64,000 nucleotides of DNA from Octopus sinensis (lineage: Eukaryota): NCBI RefSeq assembly GCF_006345805.1, contig NC_042999.1, forward strand, positions 110,484,001-110,548,000. The letters run 5' to 3'. Made by a program: the position numbers and the translations under genes. A model generated the notes under the pieces. That model did not search any database, was not told the origin of the DNA, and worked only from the letters and a program-made list of their open reading frames with translations. This document shows, piece after piece, positions 27,298 through 40,348 of this stretch. How positions within the stretch are numbered: the stretch's first letter is position 1; the number at the start of each line of letters is the position of its first letter.

Positions 27298-30064
27298 AAG
27301 TAGTGGCAGACGAAATATTGCTAAGCATTTTGCCCGGTGTGCTAACAATTCTGAATAATAACAACAACAACAACAACAACAATATTGATAAAGAAAAAAT
27401 TAAAAAGTTATAAATCTCCTAAAAATAAATAAACTAAAAGAAAAGATGTAAATAATATAAATGAAAATATATCTAAAATAAAATAAAATTATGAAAAACA
27501 GAAAAAAAACAAAAATTAAGTCTATAATTTTCTTGATTATTTACATTCATAATTTTTACAGGTTGATAATTTTATAAATAAATAATTTTTATTAGCATTT
27601 TCTGTGTGAGCTGATGTGAGTGCACATATGTATGCATGTGTGTGCATGAGTGTATTTGTTTGAGTGGCTGGTTAAAAAGAAGAGTTCATATAAATACATA
27701 TGTATATATATATACACACACTATTTCAACTTCTGGTGGAATAGACAATTGAAATAGAGAGAGAAGGGCTTCTTTACTCATTAAAAAACATCCAAACACC
27801 ATCAAGGAAGGTTTATTTAACATGTTTTGCTGAAAAGACAGATTGTGTGATTGAGCACATAAGCTGTAAAGCCTACTTCTCCAACTACCCACCTGCTAGC
27901 ATATCTAGAAATAAGTTTAGCTTCAGGACACAAAAATGCTCCCTGCCTGCCCAAAGAAAGATTTGGGAATTCTGAAGCTGATTTGATAAATAACATCAAA
28001 AAAAAATTTCAGCATTGTTCTAGCACCTTTCTAATTTCTTAAAAAATGTCCATGATACACTTCAAACCAATGTACACACTCTTGACAACAAAACAAAAGA
28101 CACACACAAACAAACACCATCATGCATGAAAGACCTCATACTAACACCATCATCCATGAAGCTAATACTTCAACATTTTAAGCACTGAAATAAAGGAGAT
28201 TGCCATCTTTCAAAACAAAAGAAGAAAGAATATGTGGACTGTCTCACCAGGTAGCACCATATCTCTCTTAAAGAACACATCTATTGAATAGTTTATTAAC
28301 TTCTTCCATTTTTAGGTGTAGTCTTTGGTCAAATATTTTCTAGACAACAGTCTGTCACTCAAAATACTTTCTAATTTTACTTTTACAGATATCTGTGTTT
28401 AATACAAGATAAGGCTGGCAGAATAGTTAGCACACTGAGCAGAATGCTTTGTGGCTTTTTGTCCATCTTTACACTCTGAGTTCAGAAACCCCTGAGGTGG
28501 ATTTTGCCTTTCATCTTTTTGGGGTGAAATAAATATCAGTTGAGCACTGGAGTTGTTGTAATCAACTTATTCCCCTCCCTCAAAATTGCTTGTCTTGTGC
28601 CAAAATTTGAAACTAATACAAGGCATATAGGTTAATCTGACTTGCTGGTGAGGTTGATAAGCGCAAGGCAAGCACCCCAAAGTTGCACTATTAAAAAGAA
28701 ACCCTTACTAATGCAGGATCATTTTACAATGGCTTCAGAAGATTAATGTGCTCAGAAGATAAATTAAGGCATTATATATCTGGAAATATAGTTTGTAATT
28801 TAATTGTTTATTAATATTTCTATAATTAGACTTTCTGAATCTGTAAACTTTTACTGGTGTTATTGTTGTAGATGCTGTAGATGTTGCATAGCCCTAAGTC
28901 CTGATATTGCAAACTTAGGATTAAAAGGCCTTCATGCTGTGACTTACTTGTTATTATTTCAGAGACTATGTTATATTGTTTATAGATTTTGGTTAGCCCC
29001 TAAGTAAGTCCTTATATGGCAAACTCAGGATTAAAAGGCCTTCATGCTATAACTTTTTATTATTTCAGAGACTATGTTATATTGTTTAATATTCCCAACA
29101 CTGAGGATGGCAAACTGGCAGAATCATTAGAATGTTGGGCCAACTGCTTTGTGGCATTTCATCCATTTTTACATTCTGAGTTCAAATTCTGGTTGACTTT
29201 GCTGTCATCATTCCAGGGTCAATAAAATAAGTATTGGCTGAGCATTGGGGTTGATATAATCAACTTAATTCGTCACCTGAACTTGGTGGCCTTGCACCAA
29301 AATTTGAAAACAATATGCTGAGCATTATTTAGGTTTATAAGGTTTTATTTGGAGGATCATTAAAAAAGTTTCAGAAAAATTGTTTATATCAATGATTCTT
29401 TGCCATCATCCCTGGTGCTCCTCACCATCTCTATATCTATGTCTCTTTTGTCAAGTGTCTCTCATTTCCTAAATCTCCTGATTCCACTATTTCAGAAAGG
29501 AAGAAAGATTCTTTCCTACTCTAGGCATAAGGCCAGAAATTTTGGGGGAGAGGACCAGTCGATTAGATCAACCCCAGTATGCAACTGGTACTTAATTTAC
29601 TGACCCCAAAACAATGAAAGGAAAAGTCGACCTCAGAGGAATTTGAACCCGGAATGTAAAGGCAGACGACATTTTTTTTAAATATTGAAAGAAAAAAGGT
29701 AAAAAAATAACAACATAGAAAAACAAAATTTGATATCACCCAAAAGTATTTAAAAATTTGTCTTTTACTAATACTATTGTTCTTTTCAAAACTACGTTCA
29801 TTATACTTTTGGTTAGTACTAATCCATTTAGACCTTCAGACTTTCTTCATCTCCTTTCTTGACCTGCAGTATGGTTTGAGGGAAAGCTGGTTGCTATTTC
29901 TCAAAATAAATGTTACCAAAACTCCCCTGTGAAACAGTGAAAAACAATAATGATGTGTGTGTGTATGTGTATGTATGTATGTGTGAGTGTGTGTATATAT
30001 ATATATATATATACATACACACACACACACATATATGTATATGTATGTATACATACATATATAT

Positions 30065-30122
<58 letters not shown>

Positions 30123-30615
30123 TATATACACATATACACACACATATATGTTTATGGGATGTTTGCTTCATAGTTTGTGAATACAAAGCAGACAAACACA
30201 GAAAATTCACACACACACGCACACACACACACACACACGCTCACACACGCACACACACACACATACACACACACACACACACACACAGATACATGTAGCA
30301 CGGATATTTCTGAAAAAAATATCAAGAAGTATTTATTTATCTAAGTGGTTAATCTGCTTTCCCCACTGCCCACCAAAATAAGTTAAACATGCCAAAGTCA
30401 GAATCAATGATCTCTGAAATATGTAACCAATTCTTAAACTTCAAGATGTCTTCAAGATGCCACATCTGTAAATAACATGTGGATAACAACATCTCCATTT
30501 TGAAGTAAGTCAGCCATGCAGTAGTGAAGGAACGTTTAACTGAGGCTTTCTTGCTATCAGGCTTTCAGACTAGAAATTTAGCTAAGCACAAACACGTACG
30601 CACATGCACACACAC

Positions 30616-30651
<36 letters not shown>

Positions 30652-30784
30652 ACATACAAATGCGCAAGTGTGTGTGTTTGTGTGTATGTGTGTATTTGGA
30701 TAAGTTTATGTCCCATGGGGGCAAAAGCCTGATGTTTTGGGTTTGAGATATACATACATACATACATACATATATATATGTATA

Positions 30785-30853
<69 letters not shown>

Positions 30854-31075
30854 ATATATATGTGTGTGTATTTGTATGTATGTATATATACACACACACA
30901 AAAAGAAAGAGTAAGCTTTTACTGGTCTCTCAGATAAAGACTCATTACTAAAATATCAAATTCTTTTTCTTGCCATGGCATACCAGCTTATCAAAACAGA
31001 CAAACTTTGAATATATATTTTGGGATCAGCTCACACTACAACCAGTTTCTTTGGAAACTGTTGTTTTCTCTTTAC

Positions 31076-31145
31076 CTGGCTGCATGTGGAGTTTGTATGT
31101 GTATGGGGTTCTCTCATGGACAGTTATATCATAGTTGACATTAAA
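31076..31145 (-). CDS. Weak candidate exon (70 bp, phase 0-1; FNVNYDITVHERTPYTYKLHMQP)
   Basis: Minus-strand acceptor ctttagcctttcAG and donor G/GTAAAG, with an open frame in non-repetitive sequence. No homology recognised. Confidence 0.25.
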
Positions 31146-32289
31146 CTGAAAGGCTAAAGATGTGTTCTAAGAAACAAATGAAGAGCATTTTGAGGAAGGA
31201 CAAGATCAGGCTCAGTGAGCCTAAGGGTGATGTTACTGACGATGGTAGCTGTAAGGGAGTGAGGTTCATATCCAGGAGGCAGAGGAAAAGAATGAGAAAA
31301 TAGAATGAAACACAATGTGGCTTTCAACATTACTATCTTCAACACCAACTCACACACACACACCTACAGAGGACCCTCTTCAGTCATGAATGACCATGGG
31401 ACTGTACCGAGAAATTTCCCCTCTAAGACACAAGGTTGTTTATGGAGACCAGCAGTTGCCTATGCATACCAGCTTCTTCTCTCCATGCCACCAATGTTAT
31501 CCAAGGGGAAGGCAAAAGCTGATACAGTTTGGCACTAGTGATGTTGCAATTCTTTTCAGCTGAGTGAATTGGATCAATGTGAAGTTAAGTGCCTTGCTCA
31601 AGAACACAACCTTAACCCAGCTTGGGATTTGAACTCCCTATCTCATGATTGTGAGACCGATGCTCTAAGTTCGCACACACACATATATATGTACCAACAG
31701 GCAATGTTTAAAAGTCTATGATGGGGCTGTTTAACTATTAAAAATTTCAATACTAATTGAAGTGAATAGTGGATTTTGTCATCAGATTGTGATGGACATT
31801 TGAAATTTTAAAAACTGTGGTACTAGTGCCATGTAGCAAGCACCTGGTACACTCTGTAATGTGGTTAGCAATATGAAGTGCATCCAGTCATAGAAACCAT
31901 GCCTAAGCTGCCAAAAGAGCATGCCATTGACTTCTGACTTGCCAGCTTCTGTCAAACCATCCAACCCATACCAGCTGACCAGTCCCTGTGAAACCATCCA
32001 ATCCATGCCAACATGGAAAACGAATGTAAGACAATGATGATGATGATGACATATATATATATGTAAGTTTATATCTATGTGTGTATGACTGTCTCTGTTT
32101 GTCACCCATCACTGCTTGACAACTGGTTATTCAACAAAAGTGACAAATAGAATAAATTACCAGGTTTAAAAAATGGAACTCCTGGGGTCAATTATTTTCG
32201 ACTAAAAAACCCTTCACGGTGGTGTCCCTGCACAGCCACAGTCAGATGACTGAAACAAGTAAAAGATAAAACATAAAAGATATAGATAT

Positions 32290-33332
32290 GTCTGTCAGTA
32301 TTCATTTTTATTTCAAGTTTTCTTGCCAATAGAGAAAGAGCTGGTTTCTAACCTAGATCCAAGGTTCCTTCACTGGAATTCCAAAATCAACAACAGGGTA
32401 TTTTTGTATGTATGTATGTATGTATCTATATAGACCTTCGGAAGTATGCTGTGCGTGAGAAGACCCGGCAGGACAAGTGAGTCCATAACCCGTGGCCTCT
32501 ACATGGGATGTAGCCAGTCCACTTATGTATACCTTTCCTTCTTGGGACACAAAACTCTACTTGTGAAGACCTGTTGAGGCAAGTGAGAATCGAAATCGAT
32601 GAACATCAATGGAAACTGCAGCTGTGATACCAGTGTCGGTGGCACGTAAGAGAACCATCTGAACGTGGCCGTTGCCAGCAGCACCCCGACTGATATAGAG
32701 ATGGCGAGGAGCACCAGGGATGATGGCAAAGAATCATTGATATAAAAGCACCATCCGTTCGTGGCCATTTCCGGACTCGCCTGGCCCCTGTGCCAGTGGC
32801 ATGTAAAAAGCACAATCCAATCATGGCCGTTTGCCAGACTTGTCTGGCACCTGTGCCGGTGGCACTTAAAAAAACCCACTACACTCACGGAGTGGTTGGC
32901 GTTAGGAAGGGCATCCAGCTGTAGAAACATTGCCAGATCAGACTGGGCCTGGTGCAGCCTTCTGGCTTCCCAGACCCCAGTTGAACCGTCCAACCCATGC
33001 TAGCATGGAAAGTGGACGCTAAACGATGATGATGATGATGATATAGATAGATATATGCAGATTTGTATGTTTTGCTTTATGTTTGTCTTCTTATGCATAT
33101 ACTTGCATAATTAGACATACTCATATATTCTTAAATGATAAACTTCTGGAAAGTTCCACAGATGTTTACAGTTCCAGTGATGGATTGGAACTGTAGTCTT
33201 TGAATCAGCTTTCTCTTTTTTGATTTTGAGAAGCCTAATTTCTTGAGATTGGTATTTAGGCAATGTGCTACATATCCCAGGGCTCCAATAATTACAGGTA
33301 TAAACCTGAACTTGTAAACTGGATATGAATGC

Positions 33333-33335
<3 letters not shown>
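32290..33335 (-). mobile_element. 3' end of an RLE non-LTR element (ORF end plus 3' UTR), interrupted by an RTE-related retroposon
   Basis: 33131-33334 encodes YKFRFIPVIIGALGYV...SITGTVNICGTF (RLE C-terminus). The putative UTR pieces 33050-33125 and 32290-32420 recur together at 24340-24600. Confidence 0.65.
32430..33045 (+). mobile_element. RTE-related non-coding retroposon with internal tandem units and (TGA)n tail
   Basis: Begins GACCTTCGGAAGTATGCTGTGCGTGAGAAGACCC, carries GGTGGCACGTAA units, and has the same 3' end as 14790-15118. Confidence 0.75.
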
Positions 33336-33365
<30 letters not shown>

Positions 33366-34947
33366 TGTATGTATGTATGTATGTATGTATGTATGTATGC
33401 ATGTATGTATCTCTATGTATGCATGCACAAAAAAAACACATTTATAAGTGTTTGTGTGTACATCTCATGTACACACAGCACTAACATTCTTGTTTTATTT
33501 CTTCTGATCCTTTAAATCAGTGTTAGAAAGTGGTAGAAAGAGGTGGAAAAATAGTGGGGCCTGATAGCTGGTGGATGATTGATGGTTATTATCCAGCTCC
33601 CATATTCCCCTATTCTTTGGACAATTTCATCCAACCCTATCCTTCTGTCCTACAATACATCCACTACACTGTCTTCATTTCATCTCCTCCCACTGCCAGC
33701 ATCATTACTATCACCAACAAACCATCACCACTGCTACTACTGCCTCGACTAACATGGTTCAACTCCACCACAATATAATGAAATTTCCTCACATCACTGT
33801 AGCTGAACTGCAGTAAGGCGAAGGAACCTCTTTGTGGCTGTTTGACTTGCTAGGAATAGCAGCCAAATTTCTCTTAAAGCGCACAGAACTATTTGATAAC
33901 AAAACAAAAGAAAAGAAATAAATAAAAAGAAATGTATGTATCGACACATTTGATTATGTAGTCCTAGATATACTATGCCTGAAATATAAGAAAATAAATG
34001 AATAAATATAAGCTAGTCAGGATTGGAACATCTTTGATCATAGGTCGGATCAATCAGACCTGACCTGGGGCTAAATAGCAACAACAAAATAGCAACAGCA
34101 ACAACAATAACAACAACTACCACAAAAACAGCAACGACAACAACAACAACCACAAAAGCAACAACAACTACAATAACAATACTAACAATGATAGCAACAA
34201 TAACATCAACAGCAACAACAACAACAACAACAACAACAACAACGCTGACAGCAACAACAATATCTCTAGGTGATGACAGCAGCTTCTGTGAAGTTCACTG
34301 TTCTACACACAGGCTCACACACACACGCACACACACACACAAACACACACACACACACACACGTGCGCGCACATACAGGCAACGCCCCACCACACACACA
34401 CCCTGCACACACAAATCACACAGCTTTATAGCAGGAAGAGAGAAAGAAAGATGGGGGTGAGAAAAGAAACAAGGAAAGAGCAGCTGGGAGCTTTCAGTAG
34501 CCTCCTTAGTTTAAGGCTCTTCCTGTTTTCATATCCTCTAGCTTTTGTTTCTGTATAACTGCCACCCCTTTAAGTCTGCTTGCTTGCTTGGGAAGGGAAC
34601 ATATTTTGGGGGCAGTTCTTGATCTTCTTGTTATTCTCATTTCATCTTACACTTTAACGTGTAAGACTCATCTTCTGCTTTGCTTCCTCCACAAAATGAT
34701 AATAACTGTTGTAAATTTAGGCACAAGGAAGATGGGATTCGTCGATACAATTGCCCCCAGTACTTGACTGGTACCTTATTTTATTGACCCTAGAGGGATT
34801 AAAAAGCAAGGTTCACCTTGGAAGAATTTGAACTTAGAATGTGAAGAGCTAGAATGAATACCGCAAGTTATTTTTATAACCACTCTGATTATTCTGTTTG
34901 CAATAAAATATTCTGCTCAATACCACAGATTTCCTTATACCATAATG

Positions 34948-35492
34948 AGTACCAGGCAGTGGCTCTCATGGCTTCTGATCTTAACTGATTGGAAGTGTTA
35001 TCATGTACATACATGTCTTGTCTCAATATAAAAGATGGGCTACAGCAAATATTCTGCTCAGTACCACAGATTTGCTTGTCAGGTGTTTGACCTTAACCAT
35101 TTGAGCATGTCCCTTAGTGGCTGACGATATGTGCATCTCTGATCACAAGCAGTAGTGGAGGAGCATCATAGCTATGTGATAAGATCAATTCTTTGGGGTT
35201 TCAATAATTCACCTCTGGAAACATTGGTGTTTCATTCAACACTCTTAAACAACCCTTATTCAGGAATTTTTTGAGTGGGATGGGCTACTCAACATGAAGA
35301 AAATTCTAACTGGCCCCCACCTGCAAGGTCATGTATTGTTTATCATGATTAGAGATCACTATGTCACACACACATATAGTTGGGATGAATATGACTGATG
35401 TACCCTTATCAGGCAGGTAGTCATGATAGGTATACTAGGCTTCGTATATTTTCCCCAATGTCACTTTGATGGCATGCACTGCTCCCTCACTC
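34948..35492 (+). mobile_element. ~550-bp non-coding element ending in (AAT)n, copy 1
   Basis: Homologous to 36544-37023 and 60728-61278. All copies end ...CACTC-AATAA. Confidence 0.85.
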
Positions 35493-35582
35493 AATAATAA
35501 ATATGATAATAATAATGATAATAATAATAATAATAATAGTATTAATAATAATAATAATAATAATGATGATGATGATGATGAT

Positions 35583-36000
35583 GAGATAAAGAACAGGAAG
35601 CCAGACATTGTATTACTTGAGAAAGAAAGCAAGCAATGCTGGATCATAGATATAGCATGCCCAGCTGTCATCAAGGTATGCAATAAGGAAGAAAGAAAAG
35701 TCGATAGATATGACAGGTTAGCTCGGGAGGCTAAGCAGTTGTGGTTGCTGAACAAGGTGGTAGTAGTACCAATAATTGTTGGAGCCCTGGGAACAGTGAG
35801 TAAAAATATTGAGAAGTACATGGAACAAATAGGGGCTGCAATAAGGATGGGGCACTTGTAGAAAACAGCACTGCTTGGAAATGCTAGAATACTCTAGATG
35901 GTGCTCGAAAAACAAGTGGTGTTACCTTAGTTCACTGGTAGTGAACAGCTGGCACTATAGTTCCTCTCCAGCATTAGAAGCTGTGCAAAGACAATATGTA
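35583..36000 (+). mobile_element. 5'-truncated R4/Dong-type RLE retrotransposon end, copy 1 of a tandem pair
   Basis: NRKPDIVLLEKESKQCWIIDIACP...KVDRYDRLA...VPIIVGALG is the PD-(D/E)xK RLE domain, followed by a short 3' UTR and (TAA)n. Confidence 0.9.
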
Positions 36001-36061
36001 ATAATAATAATAATGATAATAATAATAATATAATAATAATAATGATGATGATGATGATGAT

Positions 36062-36479
36062 GAGATAAAGAACAGGAAGCCAGACATTGTATTACTTGAG
36101 AAAGAAAGCAAGCAATGCTGGATCATAGATATAGCATGCCCAGCTGTCATCAAGGTATGCAATAAGGAAGAAAGAAAAGTCGATAGATATGACAGGTTAG
36201 CTCGGGAGGCTAAGCAGTTGTGGTTGCTGAACAAGGTGGTAGTAGTACCAATAATTGTTGGAGCCCTGGGAACAGTGAGTAAAAATATTGAGAAGTACAT
36301 GGAACAAATAGGGGCTGCAATAAGGATGGGGCACTTGTAGAAAACAGCACTGCTTGGAAATGCTAGAATACTCTAGATGGTGCTCGAAAAACAAGTGGTG
36401 TTACCTTAGTTCACTGGTAGTGAACAGCTGGCACTATAGTTCCTCTCCAGCATTAGAAGCTGTGCAAAGACAATATGTA
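36062..36479 (+). mobile_element. Duplicate of the R4/Dong RLE end (period 479 bp)
   Basis: No differences from 35583-36000 were seen by eye. Identical ORFs in the track are offset by 479 bp. Confidence 0.9.
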
Positions 36480-36494
36480 ATAATAATAATAATG

Positions 36495-36543
<49 letters not shown>

Positions 36544-37023
36544 GTTTTGTCTTGGTATAAAAGATGGGCTACAGCAAATATTCTGCTCAATACCACAGAT
36601 TTGCTTGTCAGTTGTTTGACCTTAACCAGTTGAGCATGTCCCTTAGTGACTGACGATATGTGCATCTCTGATCACGAGCAGAAGTAGTGGGGGAGCATCA
36701 TAGCCATGTGTTGAGAGGGATTCTTTGGGGTTTGGATAATTCACCTTTGGAAACATGGGTGTTTCGTTCAACGTCCTTAAACAACCCTTATTCAGGAACC
36801 TTTTGAGCGGGATGGGTTACTCGATCTGAAGAAAATTCTAACTGGGCTCCACCTGCAAGGTCATGTGCTGTTTATCTTGATATGAGATCACCATGTCGTG
36901 CACATATGGTTGTGATGCATGTGCCTGGTGTACCCTTATCAGACGGGTGGTCATGATGGGTATACTGGGCTTTGTATATTTTACCCCAGTGTCACTTTGA
37001 TGGCATGCTCTGCTCGTTCACTC
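36544..37023 (+). mobile_element. ~550-bp (AAT)n-tailed element, copy 2 (left-truncated)
   Basis: Starts abruptly after (TAA)n and has the same right end as copies 1 and 3. Confidence 0.85.
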
Positions 37024-38862
37024 AATAATAATAATAATAATAATAATAACAATAATAATAATACTTATAATAATAATAATCCCTTCTACTATAGGCACAA
37101 GGCCTGAAATTTTTGATACAAAGCAAGCAATTTTAGTGGTGGATAAGTCAATTACATCGACCTCAAAGTTACACTGGTACTTAATTTATTGACCCTGAAA
37201 GGCTGACAGGCCAAGTTGACCTTGGTGGAATTTGAACTCAGAAAATATAGTGCCAGAAGAAATGCTGCTTGGCATTATGTCTGGTGTGTTAATGATTTTG
37301 CCAACTTACTACTACTACTACTTTCTTTTATTTCCCATAGCGATTTCGAGGCAGAGCATAAATTGATTACACCAAATCACAGAGTTTAACAGGTACCTAT
37401 TTTATCCATCTCTGCAATGATGAAAGGAAAAGTTGACCTCGGCAGAATTTGAACTCAGAATGTAAAGATGGACAAAATATGACCAAGCATTTTACCTGGT
37501 GTGCTAACAATTCTGCCGGCTCACTTCCTCATTTCTTCTATACATTAACAGCTGTTTCATAATCTGTCAACATATGGGATAAATATTTCATCTCTCATTT
37601 CTTTGAATTTTGGTTAATTATTATATAATCTCCACCATTGTGATTCTTGCATTTTCAGAAGGACAATAAGATTAACTTTATAGCCTTATCTCAACTAGCA
37701 GAAATCTTATCCTCAGTTCTATTTTATCCTTTGAATTTCTATGCCTGTTAATACACACACACACACATGTATGTATGTATGTATGTATGTATGAATATCT
37801 TTAAATATGAAAAGGAAATAGCTTGAAGTATATAAACAAAATTGAATGCACATACAACGGTGTGTGTGTTGTAAGTTCGTGGATTGGTTGTGTTTTAGAC
37901 ATAAGAGAACATATTCTCAATATGCTTGGTGTTGAAAACACCTGAAAGTAAGTCATAGGTATGCAGCATTGAAAAGCCATAATGACAAAACATCATTGCC
38001 TGTCATTCTGGAAAGGGACCTGATGTGAGTTGCCTCGCTTGCCTATGACTTAATTTCAGGTACTTTGAACACCAGGTACATTGTGTATATATTCTCTTAT
38101 GCCTAAAACGCAGCTGACTCATGAACTAACAACACACACACACCTTGTGTGTGTATGTTCTATTTTGGAACAAGAACCCAGACAGATGACAATAAACCAT
38201 CCAAACAGATAGATGATACAAAGACGGACAGGAGAGACAAAAAGAGACAGAGGGGTAAAAAAACATTTGCAGCCTTCTCTCATCAGTCAAATTTCCAGAT
38301 CATCCTTACAGTTTTGGCCAGTTACACTTAAGACTTCAAATCTGACTAGCCCCAAAAATCTAAACTAAAGGCTTTAAATTTTGAGGAAGAAAACATGCAA
38401 GTGTGTAGAACAACAACGACAAAAAGAAGGAGAAATACAAACATACATGCACATATATATATGACAAATTTCTGCAGTAATCTGATTCAAAGAATTGAAC
38501 CCTAAATTAGATAGCTGCAAAAAAGAAATTCTTAATCGCATAGCTATGCCAGCTAAAATGTATGATCTTCCTAATAAATAAATATAGGGTCATGCAGAAG
38601 GTTATGATGCAAAACAAAAAGTGTAGGTGGTGACTTTGCAAGTCCATAGATACATGGTTTGAAACAATATGTCTTGGTAATGTTTCTTGGGTGGGGGGAG
38701 AGAAGAGGGTACTATCAATAAACAACAGCAATAACACAATCATCCTTACCTTATATTTGAATATTTGAGTATGCATTTACACACATGCACACATATATAT
38801 ACACACACATGCACACACACACATATATACACACATATGCACACACATATACACAGACAAAC

Positions 38863-38931
<69 letters not shown>

Positions 38932-39239
38932 TAGATAGATAGATAGATACATGTTGTGTACGTGTGTGTATGTATAAACGTACAAATATACGTTTGGTTT
39001 GCGAATGTGTTGATAAATGCTATATAAACTATTTACCTATTAACCTTCATTGCTCCTACTAAAGAAACACACTTTAACTACAACTACCACTGATACTGCT
39101 GCTACTGCTGCCGCTACTACTGCTGCTGCTGTTACCACTGCTGTTGCCCTACCTCAAGTCAAATATAAACTAATGGGACCCTGAACAACAATAACATAAG
39201 GTCTATAGTGATATCACCCTACCCAAACTCAACCCCTAC

Positions 39240-39307
39240 CTTCTCTGCTGCCATTTCAATAACACAAGCTCTCAATCTCTCCTGCCCCACTTAGATAATC
39301 CAGACTC
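39240..39307 (-). CDS. Weak candidate start-codon exon (ATG at 39254; MAAEK, phase-0 donor)
   Basis: Minus acceptor cttccttctttcAG, GAAATGG start context and donor AAG/GTAGGG. It is phase-compatible with 31076-31145 but otherwise unsupported. Confidence 0.15.
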
Positions 39308-39503
39308 CTGAAAGAAGGAAGCGGTATTGAATAAACAAGTATGTCTGTTTGGCACTATAGCAATGTAATAAAACATAGAATGGTAAGTAGTTAACTTGGC
39401 ACCAACCATCTCAGCCCTTCTCTTCCAGAGAGCTTTCCAGGACAGAGAGCATAGAATGAATATTTTAATGACTGATTGCCTTTCTGCCAGTTTGTATGTA
39501 TAA

Positions 39504-39539
<36 letters not shown>

Positions 39540-39618
39540 GTATCTATCTATCCATATATACATACATACATACAAACAAACACACACACACATATATATA
39601 TGTATATATACATGTATG

Positions 39619-39679
<61 letters not shown>

Positions 39680-39727
39680 TGTATATATATATATACACAC
39701 GCACACACACATATACATATGGATTCG

Positions 39728-39760
<33 letters not shown>

Positions 39761-40348
39761 TAGATAGATAGATAGATAGATATACATAAAGGGTAAAGAC
39801 TACCTTCAATCATGAATGACTATAGGACTGTGCCTAGAAAGTTCCCCTTCAAGGCACATGTCTCGGCAAGGTGGAAGTCCTGCAGTCACCCATGCGTATA
39901 AGTCTCCCCTCTCCATGCCACCAATGTTGTCCAAGGAAAAGGCAAAGGTGGATACACCTTGGTGCCAGTTATGTTGCAACACATTTTTACATGTGAGTTA
40001 ACTAAAGCATCATTAAATAAAGTGTCTTGCTCAAGAACACAACTCACAGCCTAGTCTGGGAATTGAAGTCACAACCTCATGATTGAAAGCTTGACACCCT
40101 AACCACCGAACTATAAATTGCAATTAGTAACATGAGATTAATGAATATTTTTATGGTTTGTTGGACTGAATTCAGTTCTTCTGATGAAACAGGCAGTCTG
40201 CAAAGAGACTAGCATCCTATCAAAGGAGAGATTCATCAATCTATTGGTAACTACTGAAACTGGGAGTGGGCACTGCATGCAGGCATTATATTGGTACAGA
40301 TAAGCATCAGTCTTGTGAACAGTAGAGTTACAAATAGATTCCAGCCTG

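Noticed and set aside
29894-29940. Kinase-like GSFGNIY on the minus strand, and IIDSDFGM near 30400
   Set aside because: Both are followed closely by stops and no other kinase subdomains are present.
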